From Candidatus Eiseniibacteriota bacterium (GTDB taxonomy: Bacteria > Eisenbacteria > RBG-16-71-46), in NCBI GenBank assembly GCA_963776245.1, contig CAVZLN010000006.1, positions 96,001 through 160,000 of the forward strand: a stretch of DNA of 64,000 nt. Reading direction: 5' to 3'. This document shows, piece after piece, positions 23,387 to 33,453 of this stretch (position 1 is its first letter; the number at the start of each line of letters is the position of its first letter). Position numbers and translations under genes: made by a program. The notes beneath the pieces were generated by a model. That model saw only the letters and a list, made by a program, of their open reading frames with translations. It made no database searches and was not told where the DNA came from.

Positions 23387-24316
23387 TCAGCCCCGCGCCA
23401 TCGCGCGCCGGCGGCCGAGCACGTGACGCAGTCCCTCCTCGAGGGTGCGGAAGCGGAACGCGTGCCGCGCGCGCTCCAGCGCCGCCGGGAGCACCCGCGC
23501 GCCGCCCAGCAGCAGGGTGTCGGCGAACTCGCGTCCCAGCAGCGCCCGCAGCGCGAACGCGGGCGCGGGCACGAACGCCGGGCGGGCCAGCACGCGGCCG
23601 AGCGTGCGCGCGAACTCGCGCTGGGGCAGCGGCTCGGGAGCGGTCGCGTTCACCACCCCGGGGAGATCCTCACGCGTCATCGCCGCGTGGAGCACCCCGA
23701 GCAGGTCGTCGAGCACGATCCACGACAGCCATTGCCTTCCGGAGCCGAGCGGCCCACCGGCCCCCAGCCGGAACAGCGGCAGCAGCCTCGCCAGTGCGCC
23801 ACCCTGCGGCGTGAGCACCACCCCGATGCGCACGCGGACCACCCGGATGCCGCGCGCCTCGGCCGGCGCCACCGCCGCCTCCCACTCGCGCGTCACTTCG
23901 GCGAGGAAGCCGTCACCCGCCGCGCTCGACTCGTCGAGCGGCTCGTCGCCACGATCGCCGTAGAACCCGATCGCCGAGGCCGACACCAGCACGCGCGGCG
24001 GGCGCTCCAGGCGCGCCAGGGCCCCGGCCAGCAGGCCCGTGCCCTGCACGCGGCTGGAGCGGATGCGCGCGCGCGCCGCCGCCGACCAGCGCTGGGACAG
24101 GCTCTCGCCCGCCAGGTGCACGACCGCGTCGAAGCCCTCGAGGGCACTCGCTTCGAGCGCTCCCGCGGCGGGGTCCCACGTCACGTCGCCGGGGCCCGCG
24201 CGCCCGCGCCCGAGGCGCGTCACGGTGTGCCCGCCGCTCGCGAGCATCGGAACCAGCGCCGCCCCCACCAGCCCCGAGGCGCCGCTCACCAGCACGCGCA
24301 TGGGCGCCGCGATCAC
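23387..24316 (-). CDS. TIGR01777 family epimerase/oxidoreductase (YfcH-like)
   Basis: VLVSGASGLVG, VVHLAGE, LVSASAIGFYGD, RIGVVL, GSGRQWLSWI; alternative start ATG 24301. Confidence 0.9.
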   Translation of the reverse strand: MIAAPMRVLVSGASGLVGAALVPMLASGGHTVTRLGRGRAGPGDVTWDPAAGALEASALEGFDAVVHLAGESLSQRWSAAARARIRSSRVQGTGLLAGALARLERPPRVLVSASAIGFYGDRGDEPLDESSAAGDGFLAEVTREWEAAVAPAEARGIRVVRVRIGVVLTPQGGALARLLPLFRLGAGGPLGSGRQWLSWIVLDDLLGVLHAAMTREDLPGVVNATAPEPLPQREFARTLGRVLARPAFVPAPAFALRALLGREFADTLLLGGARVLPAALERARHAFRFRTLEEGLRHVLGRRRAMARG

Positions 24317-24317
24317 C

Positions 24318-25091
24318 TCAGTCCTTGACGTTGCCCCGGTCCGCCACGTTCATGAACGCTCGCAGGAAGTCCACCGGCACCGGGAAGATGGTGGTGCTGT
24401 TGTTCTCGGTGGCGATCTCCGCCAGCGTCTGGAGGTAGCGCAACTGGAGCGCCGCCGGCTCGCGGCCGATCACCGCCGCGGCCTCGGCGAGGCGACCCGC
24501 GGCCTGGTACTCGCCCTCGGCGTTGATGACCTTCGCGCGGCGCTCGCGCTCGGCCTCGGCCTGGCGCGCGATGGCGCGCTGCATCTCCTGCGGCAGGTCG
24601 ACGTTCTTGACCTCGACGTTGGTGACCTTCACACCCCACGGCTCGGTCTGCCGGTCGATGACCTGCTGCAGCGCGAGATTGAGCTTCTCGCGCTCGGAGA
24701 GCAGCTCGTCCAGTTCCTGCTGGCCGAGGATGGACCGCAGCGTGGTCTGCGCGATCTGCGAGGTGGCGTAGAGGAAGTTCTCGACCTGGACGATCGCCTG
24801 GCGCGCGTCCACCACGCGGAAGTACACCACCGCGTTCACCTTCACCGACACGTTGTCCTTGGTGATGATGTCCTGCGGCGGCACGTCCATGGTGACGGTG
24901 CGCAGGCCCACCTTCACCGCGCGGTCGATCACCGGCCACAGCAGCACCAGGCCGGGCCCCTTCTCGCCGATCAGCCGGCCGAGCCGGAACACCACCAGAC
25001 GCTCGTACTCGCGCACCACGCGGATCGCGTTCGCGATGAGCACGACGACGAACAGCGCGACGATCAGCACCAGGGTGAGAAAGGGCATCAT
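24318..25091 (-). CDS. SPFH domain stomatin/slipin family protein
   Basis: [68 protein letters not shown]. Confidence 0.92.
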   Translation of the reverse strand: MMPFLTLVLIVALFVVVLIANAIRVVREYERLVVFRLGRLIGEKGPGLVLLWPVIDRAVKVGLRTVTMDVPPQDIITKDNVSVKVNAVVYFRVVDARQAIVQVENFLYATSQIAQTTLRSILGQQELDELLSEREKLNLALQQVIDRQTEPWGVKVTNVEVKNVDLPQEMQRAIARQAEAERERRAKVINAEGEYQAAGRLAEAAAVIGREPAALQLRYLQTLAEIATENNSTTIFPVPVDFLRAFMNVADRGNVKD

Positions 25092-26431
25092 GACCGCTCC
25101 TCCTTGGGACACGGGCGGACGTGCAGGGTGAGCCCGTCCACGCCTGTGATCTCGACCATCTCGCCGGCCTCCACCGGACTGCCGGATACCGCGTTCCACG
25201 ACGTATCGCCCATCCGCACGCGTCCGCCGGGCGCGAGGCGCTCGAGCGCGCGCGCGCGTTCCCCCACCAGGCCGGCGGCGCCGGTCTGGACCTTGCGCCG
25301 CTGGGCGCGCAGCCCGGCGCCGACGATGAACAGGAAGAACAGCGCCGTCGTTCCGGTGGTGCCGAGGATCACCGTCCACGACAGCGCGATCCCCTCACCG
25401 CGGAACAGGATGACCGACCCGAGCAGCATGGACACCACGCCGCCGGCCGCCAGCAGGCCGTGGCTCGCCACCTTCACCTCGGCGAGGAAGAACGCCACCG
25501 CGAGCACCAGCAGCGCCGCCCCGGCGTAGTTCACCGGCAGGGTCGAGAGCGCGAGGAAGGCGAGGATCAGGCTGATGCCGCCCACCACCCCGGGCAGGAT
25601 GGCGCCCGGGTTCTGGAGCTCGAACAGCAGGCCGTAGAAGCCGAGCATGAGCAGCAGGTAGGCGATGGTGGGGTCCGCCAGCACCGCGAGGAGCTTCTGG
25701 CGGAAGCCGGACTCGAGGAAGTCCACCGGCACGCCCTTCACCTTCAGCGTGCGGACCCGGCCGTCGCGCGTCCAGGCACGGCCATCGGCCTTCGCCAGCA
25801 GCTCGGTGCGGGTGGCGGCGATGAAGTCCACCACGCCGAGCGTGACCGCCTCGGTCTCGCTGGCCGACACCGCCTCGCGCACCGCGCGCTCGGCCCACGC
25901 CGTGTTGCGCCCGCGCTGGGCCGCGACGGTGCGCGCGAACGCCGACGCGTCGTTGGTGGCCTTGCGCGCCAGCGTGGAGTCCATCGGGCCCTGCAGGTTG
26001 ATGGGCGTGGCGGCGCCGATGTTGGTGCCGGGCGCCATCGCCGCGACGTCGCACGCGATGGTGATGAACACCCCCGCCGAGGCCGCCCGCGCACCGCTGG
26101 GCGCGACCCAGGCGATCACCGGCACGCGCGCGGCGAACAGCGACTGGACCATCTCGCGCATGCTCGACTCGAGCCCGCCGGGGGTGTCGATCTCGAGCAG
26201 CAGCGCCTCGTAGCCGCGGGCGGTGGCGCGGTCGATGGCGGCGCCCAGCGCCTCGGCCATCACCGGGGTGACCGGCCCGGTGAGCTCGACCGCGAGCACG
26301 CGGCCCTGGCCGGGCGGCGACGGGACGTCGGCCGCGCGCGCACGCGGGGGCTTGGCACCCATCGCGGTCGTGGCGCAGGCGAGCGCCAGGAGCGCCGCGA
26401 CCAGCGGGAGGCGGATCGAGCGGCCGCTCAT
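25088..26431 (-). CDS. nfeD: NfeD family membrane-bound serine protease (ClpP class)
   Basis: [31 protein letters not shown] region, C-terminal OB fold; adjacent to SPFH gene. Confidence 0.9.
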   Translation of the reverse strand: MSGRSIRLPLVAALLALACATTAMGAKPPRARAADVPSPPGQGRVLAVELTGPVTPVMAEALGAAIDRATARGYEALLLEIDTPGGLESSMREMVQSLFAARVPVIAWVAPSGARAASAGVFITIACDVAAMAPGTNIGAATPINLQGPMDSTLARKATNDASAFARTVAAQRGRNTAWAERAVREAVSASETEAVTLGVVDFIAATRTELLAKADGRAWTRDGRVRTLKVKGVPVDFLESGFRQKLLAVLADPTIAYLLLMLGFYGLLFELQNPGAILPGVVGGISLILAFLALSTLPVNYAGAALLVLAVAFFLAEVKVASHGLLAAGGVVSMLLGSVILFRGEGIALSWTVILGTTGTTALFFLFIVGAGLRAQRRKVQTGAAGLVGERARALERLAPGGRVRMGDTSWNAVSGSPVEAGEMVEITGVDGLTLHVRPCPKEERS

Positions 26432-27654
26432 CGCGCGTCCCCGCCCGCGCGCGCCAGCGCCGCGCGCCACGCCTCGAGGTACTTCAGCCCGCTGCCGGTG
26501 TCGTAGATCACCACCCGCGCTCCTGCCGCGATCTCGCCGCTGGCCCGCAGCCGTCGCAACGCCGCGAGGGTAGCACCACCCTCGGGACAGGCGAAGAGAC
26601 CCTCCTCACGGGCCAGCTGGCTCATGCCGTCGAGCAGGTCCTCCTCGCTCACCGCGATGGCGGTGCCCCCGGTCTCGCGCACCGCGCGCAGGATGAGGGT
26701 GTCGGCGAACGGCGACGGCACGCGCAGCCCGCTCGCCACCGTGCGCGCGTCCCGCCACGCCTCGGCCCTGGCCGCGCCGGCCTCGAACGCCCGCACCACC
26801 GGGGCGCACCCGGCGGTCTGCACCGCCACCAGCCGCGGGAAGGGACCTTCGATCCACCCCAGCGCGCGCATCTCCTCGAACGCGCGCCACATCCCCACCA
26901 GGCCGGTGCCGCCGCCGGTGGGATAGAGGATGACATCGGGCAGCGCCCAGCCGAGCTGCTCGGCGATCTCCCAGCCGAGCGTCTTCTTGCCCTCGAGCCG
27001 GAACGGCTCCTTGAAGGTGGCGACGTTCCACCATTCGGGGGCGGGCGCCCAGTCGGCGAGCGCCCGGCCCGCCTCGGCGATGGTGCCGGGCACCAGCCGC
27101 ACCTCGGCGCCGAAGGCGCGCTGTTCGAGCACGAACGCCTCGGGCGTGTCCTCGGGCACGGTGATGCGGCAGCGCAGGCCGGCGGCGGCGGCGTAGGCGG
27201 CGGCGGCGCTGCCCGCGTTGCCCGCCGACGGCAGCGCGATCGCGCCCATGCCGAAGGCGAGCGCGCCATTGACCGCCAGCGCCAGCCCGCGCGCCTTGAA
27301 CGACGCGGTCGGATTGCCCGCCTCGGCCTTCGCCCACAGCGCGCCGAGGTCGAGCTCGCGCGCCAGCCGCGCCAGCGGCAGCAGCGGCGTGCCGCCCTCG
27401 CCGAGGCGCACCGCCGGGAAGTCGGACGCGAACGGGAGCACCGCGCGGTAGCGCCACAGGTCGGTGCCGAATCGCCCGAGGTCGGTGCGCCGCAGCCCGC
27501 GTCCGATCGCGGGCAGGTCGTAGCGCGTCACCAGCGGGCGTCCGCAGGCCGGGCACACGCTGCGGGGCTCCGACAGGTCGCACGACCCGCCGCAGTCGAG
27601 ACAGTCGAGCGCCACGAGGTGGGGATTGAAGGCGGAGACCGGAGGGGCAGTCAT
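26428..27654 (-). CDS. thrC: threonine synthase-like PLP enzyme
   Basis: N-terminal CxxC-CxxC; LGEGGTPL, NPTASFKARG, SAGNAG, EGKKTLGWEI, YPTGGGTG, TGSGLKY. Confidence 0.8.
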   Translation of the reverse strand: MTAPPVSAFNPHLVALDCLDCGGSCDLSEPRSVCPACGRPLVTRYDLPAIGRGLRRTDLGRFGTDLWRYRAVLPFASDFPAVRLGEGGTPLLPLARLARELDLGALWAKAEAGNPTASFKARGLALAVNGALAFGMGAIALPSAGNAGSAAAAYAAAAGLRCRITVPEDTPEAFVLEQRAFGAEVRLVPGTIAEAGRALADWAPAPEWWNVATFKEPFRLEGKKTLGWEIAEQLGWALPDVILYPTGGGTGLVGMWRAFEEMRALGWIEGPFPRLVAVQTAGCAPVVRAFEAGAARAEAWRDARTVASGLRVPSPFADTLILRAVRETGGTAIAVSEEDLLDGMSQLAREEGLFACPEGGATLAALRRLRASGEIAAGARVVIYDTGSGLKYLEAWRAALARAGGDAR

Positions 27655-27720
27655 CGGGCGGCAGCATACCCGATGTGGCCGGACGGGGTGCGCACGCCCC
27701 GCCCGGTCAGCCGTCCCGGC

Positions 27721-28671
27721 TCACCAGGCGCGCTCCTCGCCCTCCAGCTCCTCGCGCAGCTTGAGGAACGACTCGTACCGCCGGCCCGCCACCTCCCCCG
27801 CCGCGACCGCCGCGCGCAGCGCGCACCCGGGCTCGGCGGTGTGGCGGCAGTCGTTGAAGCGGCACGCCCCCAGCACGCGGCGGAACTCCGGATAGGCCTG
27901 CTCGAGGTCGCGCGAGGAGATCCCCCACAGCGCGAACGAGCGCACCCCGGGGGTGTCGATGAGCTCGAGCCCCGACACCGTGCGCACCAGCCACGCGGCG
28001 GTGGTGGTGTGCCGGCCCTTGCCGGTCTTCAGGTTCACGGCGCCCGCGACCAGCGCAAGCTCGGGGGCGAGCGCGTTCAGCAGCGAGCTCTTCCCCACGC
28101 CCGAGTGCCCGACGAACAGCGAGCGCCGCCCGGCGCACGCGTGCGCCACCGCGTCCACGCCCGCCCCCGACTTCGCGCACGTCAGGTGGCCGGCGCACCC
28201 GGCGCGCGCGTAGTCGTCGAGGATCGCCTGCTCCTCGGCCGGCGCGCCGAGGTCGGTCTTGTTGAGCACCAGCCGGGCGGGGATGCCGAAGTGCTCGGCC
28301 TGGCCGAGCACCCGGTCCACGAAGCCGGGCTTGAACTCCGGCTCCGCGATCGAGACCACCACCACCACCTGGTCGAGATTCGCGGCCACCACCTGCTCGA
28401 CCTTGCGCTCGCCCGCGGCGCGCCGCGAGAACAGGTTGCGCCGCGGGAGCACGCTCTCGATGACGGCGCGCGGCCCGCTGACGTCCGCTTCGACCTCGTC
28501 CCCCACCACCACCGTGTTGCCGAGCGTGCGGGTCCGGCCCATCAGACGCGCGCGCACCGTGGCCTCGCACGCGACCCCGTCGTCGAGCACCAGCGCGACG
28601 CTGCCGAAGTCCACGCGCGCGACGGTGGCGCGGCGCAGCGCCGTCGCGGCCGCGTCCCCGGTGGCGCTCAC
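27721..28671 (-). CDS. rsgA: ribosome small subunit-dependent GTPase A
   Basis: circularly permuted GTPase NKTD, GHSGVGKS, KGRHTTT, DTPG; zinc finger CRFNDCRHTAEPGC. Confidence 0.95.
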   Translation of the reverse strand: MSATGDAAATALRRATVARVDFGSVALVLDDGVACEATVRARLMGRTRTLGNTVVVGDEVEADVSGPRAVIESVLPRRNLFSRRAAGERKVEQVVAANLDQVVVVVSIAEPEFKPGFVDRVLGQAEHFGIPARLVLNKTDLGAPAEEQAILDDYARAGCAGHLTCAKSGAGVDAVAHACAGRRSLFVGHSGVGKSSLLNALAPELALVAGAVNLKTGKGRHTTTAAWLVRTVSGLELIDTPGVRSFALWGISSRDLEQAYPEFRRVLGACRFNDCRHTAEPGCALRAAVAAGEVAGRRYESFLKLREELEGEERAW

Positions 28672-30101
28672 TGCCACCCGCCGCCGGGGCCGTCGAGCGG
28701 CAGGTTGATGGTGAACTGGGCGCCCTGGCCCGGCGGGCTGGCGGCGGCGATGCGGCCGCCGTGGTTGGTGATGATCCGGTACGAGGAGGACAGCCCGAAG
28801 CCGTGGCCGGTCGCTTTGGTGGTGAAGTGCGGCTCGAAGATGCGCGCCAGGTTCTGGGGCGCGATCCCGGTGCCGGTGTCCGCCACCGTGATCTTCAGCG
28901 TGCGGGTGCGCTCGTCGTGCTCGCTCGACACCGCGATCCGCTTCACGCCGACGCCCTTCTCCTGCATCGCGTCGGCGGCGTTCATGAACAGGTTGAGGAA
29001 CACCTGCTGGATCTGGCCCGGGTCCACCCGCAGCTCCGGGAGCTGGGGCGCCAGGCGCAGCTCCCACTCCACGGTGTCGAAGCGGTTCTGCGTCCGCACG
29101 AACTCCACCGAGCGCTGCACCAGGCCGTTGATGTCCACCCGCTCCACCTTGATCTCGGCGCTCGAGAAGTCCATCAGTCCCTTGGAGAGCGCCTCCATGC
29201 GGCGGGACTGCTCGAGGATGATCTGGGCGTGGCGGTTGACGTTGTCGAACACCTGGCGCTCGCCGTCGCGGAGCAGCAGCTGCGCGCGGCCGCTGATGGC
29301 GACCAGCTGGTTGCGCAGCTCGTGTCCGATCTCGGCCGCCATCTCGCCCTTCGCCGCCATGCGCTCGCGGTGGATGATCTGGTTCTGCGCGTTGGTCAGC
29401 TCGATGTAGCGGCGGGTGGACTCGTGAAGCATGTAGAGCGGCGAGTAGAACAGCACCGCGCCGAGGTAGCCGATGGCGCCGAACGAGATCACCATGATGG
29501 GCGCCATGAAGAACGCGGCGGCGTCCTCGAGCAGCTTCTCGCCGTAGAACCAGTCCTCGCGCAGCACCTTCAGGTAGGGCCGCTCGGAGGACCACGAGAC
29601 CGCGACCGCGACGAACGCGCGATTGAACAGCAGGAACGTCACCGTGAGCCCGAGGAGCGGGAGCGCCAGGGGCCACGCGTCGCTCCCGCCGATGGCGTCG
29701 CGCCCGGTGGCATGGAGCCCGGCCAGCGGCCCCCCGAGCCACGCCCACACGTGCCCGGCGGCCCACATGGTGATCGCGGTCTGCGACGCGTTGAAGGTGG
29801 CGCGCACCCACGGCTTGCGGGTCAGGAACAGCTCGGCCGCCAGCGTGCTGAACGCCGCGATCCACATCGACGGCCCGAGCCCCCACAGCATCGCGACCGC
29901 GAGACAGGCCGTGGACGACTGGCTCGCCGTGCCGGTGCCCGACATGGTGGTGACCACCATCAGCTCGGAGATCGCGGTGATGGCGATCCACGCGAGGTAG
30001 TCGGGCCAGCGCGTCTCGATGTTCGGCGGCAGGTGGGTGGCGAGCAGCGCGACCGCCGCCAGCCCCACCGCGATGACGTACGCCCGCAGCCGCGCGCTCA
30101 C
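28668..30101 (-). CDS. membrane-bound sensor histidine kinase
   Basis: multi-TM N-terminus; H-box EIGHELRNQL, N-box QVFLNLFMNAADAM, DTGTGI, FEPHFTTK, GHGFGL. Confidence 0.9.
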   Translation of the reverse strand: MSARLRAYVIAVGLAAVALLATHLPPNIETRWPDYLAWIAITAISELMVVTTMSGTGTASQSSTACLAVAMLWGLGPSMWIAAFSTLAAELFLTRKPWVRATFNASQTAITMWAAGHVWAWLGGPLAGLHATGRDAIGGSDAWPLALPLLGLTVTFLLFNRAFVAVAVSWSSERPYLKVLREDWFYGEKLLEDAAAFFMAPIMVISFGAIGYLGAVLFYSPLYMLHESTRRYIELTNAQNQIIHRERMAAKGEMAAEIGHELRNQLVAISGRAQLLLRDGERQVFDNVNRHAQIILEQSRRMEALSKGLMDFSSAEIKVERVDINGLVQRSVEFVRTQNRFDTVEWELRLAPQLPELRVDPGQIQQVFLNLFMNAADAMQEKGVGVKRIAVSSEHDERTRTLKITVADTGTGIAPQNLARIFEPHFTTKATGHGFGLSSSYRIITNHGGRIAAASPPGQGAQFTINLPLDGPGGGWQ

Positions 30102-31120
30102 GCGCCCGCTCCCGCCGCGACCACACCGAGCCCCGGGCGCTCGCCCAGCGCGATGACGCCGGCTTCCCGCGGGGCGCCCTCGAACGGGTCCCGGGCCAGC
30201 AGCCAGTGGCCATCCAGGTCCAGCGCGTCGGCGAGCGGCGCCAGTTGCGCCGCGGCCGAGAGCGCGAGGCTCGACTCGACCATCGAGCCGAGCATCACCT
30301 TGAGCCCGTGCGCGCGCGCGGCGTGGAGGGTGCGCAGCAGCTCGCGCAGCCCGCCGCTCTTCATGAGCTTGAGGTTCACCCCGTCCACGCGCCCGGCGAG
30401 CCGTGCGATGTCGCTGGCGCGGCTGCACGCCTCATCGGCGTAGACCGGGATGCCGACGCGGTCGCGCACCCACTTCAGCCCCTCGAGGTCCTCGCGCGCC
30501 ACCGGCTGCTCCACCAGCTCGATCTCGAGCGGCTCGATGCGCCGCAGCACGCGCACCGCGTCGGCCGGGCTCCACGCCGTGTTGGCGTCCACCCGCAGCA
30601 GGCCGCGGTAGCGCCGTCGGATGCGCTCGAGGTTCTCGACGTCGCCGGGCGCCCCGAGCTTCACCTTGAGCGCCGGGAACCCGAGCACGGCCTCGAGCTT
30701 GCGCTCCATCTCGGCGGGCTCGGCCATGCCGAGCGTGACGCACGAGAACGGCGCCCGCGCGGCCTCGAGCCCGAACAGCCGCCACACCGGCTGGCCGAGG
30801 CGCTTGCCGATCCAGTCGTGCAGCGCCATGTCGATCGCCGCGTGCGCGGCGCCGTGGCCGCGGAGGACGCCGTCCAACCGGCGTTCGATCGCGTCGAGCG
30901 CGAACGGGTCGTCACCGAGGTGCGGCGCCCAGGCCGCCAGCGCGGCCTCGACGGTCTCGCGCGTCTCGCCGTGGTAGAACGCCGGCGCCGCCTCCCCCAG
31001 CCCGACCACGCCCTCGTGCTCGATCCGCACCAGCGTGTTGCGGTGGACCTTCCTCCCGCCCACCGCGATGCGGAACTCGAACGAGGTCTCGAGGTCGAGG
31101 GGCTCATGGGTGAGCCGCAT
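30098..31120 (-). CDS. dipeptide epimerase, enolase superfamily (L-Ala-D/L-Glu epimerase / DgcA-like)
   Basis: GLGEAAP, IDMALHD, LKVKLG, RVDANTAW, EQP, ADE, NLKLMKSGG, DLDG. Confidence 0.85.
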   Translation of the reverse strand: MRLTHEPLDLETSFEFRIAVGGRKVHRNTLVRIEHEGVVGLGEAAPAFYHGETRETVEAALAAWAPHLGDDPFALDAIERRLDGVLRGHGAAHAAIDMALHDWIGKRLGQPVWRLFGLEAARAPFSCVTLGMAEPAEMERKLEAVLGFPALKVKLGAPGDVENLERIRRRYRGLLRVDANTAWSPADAVRVLRRIEPLEIELVEQPVAREDLEGLKWVRDRVGIPVYADEACSRASDIARLAGRVDGVNLKLMKSGGLRELLRTLHAARAHGLKVMLGSMVESSLALSAAAQLAPLADALDLDGHWLLARDPFEGAPREAGVIALGERPGLGVVAAGAGA

Positions 31121-32189
31121 GCGACCTCCTTCCGGGGTGCGCGGCGAGCACCGCGTCGGCGAGCGCCGCGGCGCCGAATCGCACCGGGTCGGTGGCCGGC
31201 AGTCCGGTCGCGCGGGCGCACGCGGCGAGCGCCGCGCGCGCGCCCGCGTCGTCGAGTCGCACGGTGTTCAGCGCGACCGCCACGGTGTGCGCCGGGTGCA
31301 CCCACGCGGCGGCGCGCTCGGCGTCGCGCGCCACCTCCGCGAGGGGCGCCAGCGGGAAGGGCGCCGCGTCGGGCGCGGCGAGGCGCACGCGTTCGCGTCC
31401 GGCCTCGTGGCAGAGCACCAGCAGCGACGGGCAGGCGCCGTGGAGCAGCCCGAGCGCCACCGCCGAATAGGCCGGATGCGCGAGCGCGCCCTGGCCCTCG
31501 ACCACCACGACGTCCATCCCGCGGGCGGCCTCGACCACCGCGTGCTCGACGGCCCCGGGCAGGAAGTCGGCCACCACGGCGTCGGCCGGCACGCCCCCGC
31601 CCGCGATCAGGATCCCGGTCTGCCCGGTGGCGACGAACGCGACGCGCGACCCGCGCGCCTCCAGCGCGCGCGTCAGCTCGAGCGCGGTGGTCATCTTGCC
31701 CACGTTGCAGTCGGTCCCCACGGTGAGCACGACGGTCGCCTCGACGCGCGCGGCGCGCCCCGCGGCGACCCGGCGCTCGGCGGGCGGGCGGCGCACGTCG
31801 ATCAGGCGGCTGCCCGAGCGCGCGGCGAGCGCGGCCAGCTCGGGATCGTCGGCGAGGAATGCGTGCAGGCCCGCGAGCACGTCCCAGCCCCGTCCCAGCG
31901 CGTCGCGCACCGTCGCCCGCCACGCCGCCGGAAGCCCGCCGCCCTGGGGCGCGATCCCGATGAGCAGCGCGTCGGCGCCGTGCGCGGCGGCCGCGTCGAG
32001 GTCCGCCACCACCGGCATCGCGCCGCCCAGCCCGACGCACGCCTCGGCGGTGCGGCCGGCACGCGTGGAGTCGATCACCGCGGCGACCTCGTGCGGGCGG
32101 TAGCGCAGCAGGCCGACGGCCGTCTTCGCGTCGAGCGGAGCGAAGCAGCCTTCGGCGAGCACCGCGAGCCGTCGGGGGGATCCGAGCAT
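31104..32189 (-). CDS. DUF1611 domain protein (DgcN-like D-glutamate N-acetyltransferase family)
   Basis: AKTAVGLLRY, LLIGIAPQGG, AGLH, TVGTDCNVGKMTT, ATGQTG, VEGQG, GLLHG. Confidence 0.85.
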   Translation of the reverse strand: MLGSPRRLAVLAEGCFAPLDAKTAVGLLRYRPHEVAAVIDSTRAGRTAEACVGLGGAMPVVADLDAAAAHGADALLIGIAPQGGGLPAAWRATVRDALGRGWDVLAGLHAFLADDPELAALAARSGSRLIDVRRPPAERRVAAGRAARVEATVVLTVGTDCNVGKMTTALELTRALEARGSRVAFVATGQTGILIAGGGVPADAVVADFLPGAVEHAVVEAARGMDVVVVEGQGALAHPAYSAVALGLLHGACPSLLVLCHEAGRERVRLAAPDAAPFPLAPLAEVARDAERAAAWVHPAHTVAVALNTVRLDDAGARAALAACARATGLPATDPVRFGAAALADAVLAAHPGRRSHAAHP

Positions 32190-32193
32190 GTCC

Positions 32194-33453
32194 CTACCGG
32201 AGCGAGTCGTACACCTGGATGTAGCGCGACACCATGTCATCCACATCGAACCGCGTCCGTGCCACCTTGCGCGCGCGCCGGCCCATCGCACGCCGCATCG
32301 GCTCGTCCTGGAGCAGACGCAGCGCCGACGACACGAACCCGGCGATGTGCCCGGGATCGTGGAGGAAGCCCGTGACCCCGTGGTCGATGACCTCCGGCAG
32401 ACCACCGGCGTTCGAGGCCACCACCGGCACCTCGGCGCTCATGGCCTCCAGCGCGACCAGCCCGAAGCTCTCCGAGGAGCTCGGTAGGAGGAAGATATCG
32501 GCCATCGGCAGCAGTTCCTCCATGCAATCCTGGTTGCCGAGGAAGAGCACGTCGCGCTCCACCCCGAGCTCGCGGGCGAGGTGCTCGGCGCCGGCCTTCT
32601 CGGGGCCGTCGCCGATCATCACCAGCTTGCTCTTGATCCGCCGCCGGACCTCGGCGAACACCTGAATCACCGCCGGGATGTTCTTGACCGGACGGAAGTT
32701 GGACGCGTGCATCAGGATCCGGGTCTCGGGCCCGGCGAGGCGCAGCGCCACCTTGCGGTTGGGGGTGAAGATCTTCGAGTCGACGAAGTTGTAGATCACC
32801 TCGATGGGCCGGGTGATGCCGAACGAGGCCTCGGCGCGGTCCTTGAGGAAGCGGCTCACCGCCGTCACCCGGTCGCTCGACTGGATGCTGAACTGGGTCA
32901 CGCGGAAGAACGCGGGCTCGAGCCCGACCACGGTGATGTCGGTGCCGTGGAGCGTGGTCACGACGCCGAGCTGGCGCGGCAGCAGGAGCTGGCGCGCGAG
33001 GTACGCGCTGGCCGCGAACGGCATCGCGTAGTGCACGTGGAGCACGTCGAGGTCGTAGTTCTCGACCACCTCCACCATCTTGGTGGTGAGCGCCAGGTTG
33101 GCCGGCGCGTGGTCGAACACCGGGTACGAGGCGGGCGTGGACTCGTGGAAGAACACGTTCGACTCGAAGCGGCGCAGCCGGAACGGCAGGCGATGCGCGA
33201 TGAAGTGCACCTCGAAGCCGCGCCGCGCCAGTTCGATGCCCAGTTCGGTCGCCACCACGCCGCTGCCGCCGAAGTGCGAGTAGCAGGTGATGCCGACGCG
33301 GCGCCGGCGCGGCGCCCGCGGGGGCTTGGCCGCGGCGGCCGCGGCGCGGCGCGCACGCACCGGCTTGACCGCCGCGTGCGAGGGTCGCGGCGGTGACGCG
33401 GCGCGGCGCTTCGGGGGGCGGCGTTTCGCGCGGGTCGCGCGGACCGGGCTCAT
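32194..33453 (-). CDS. bshA: N-acetyl-alpha-D-glucosaminyl L-malate synthase
   Basis: GITCYSHFGGSGVVATELG, LHVHYAMP, TTLHGTDITVVG, HASNFRPVK, SESFGLVALEAM; adjacent to bshB1 and bshC. Confidence 0.92.
   Translation of the reverse strand: MSPVRATRAKRRPPKRRAASPPRPSHAAVKPVRARRAAAAAAKPPRAPRRRRVGITCYSHFGGSGVVATELGIELARRGFEVHFIAHRLPFRLRRFESNVFFHESTPASYPVFDHAPANLALTTKMVEVVENYDLDVLHVHYAMPFAASAYLARQLLLPRQLGVVTTLHGTDITVVGLEPAFFRVTQFSIQSSDRVTAVSRFLKDRAEASFGITRPIEVIYNFVDSKIFTPNRKVALRLAGPETRILMHASNFRPVKNIPAVIQVFAEVRRRIKSKLVMIGDGPEKAGAEHLARELGVERDVLFLGNQDCMEELLPMADIFLLPSSSESFGLVALEAMSAEVPVVASNAGGLPEVIDHGVTGFLHDPGHIAGFVSSALRLLQDEPMRRAMGRRARKVARTRFDVDDMVSRYIQVYDSLR

Noticed and set aside
27721..30213. 830-aa ORF suggesting a long N-terminal fusion on RsgA
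   Set aside because: Upstream part is an off-frame reading of the kinase gene; RsgA starts at GTG 28671 overlapping the kinase stop
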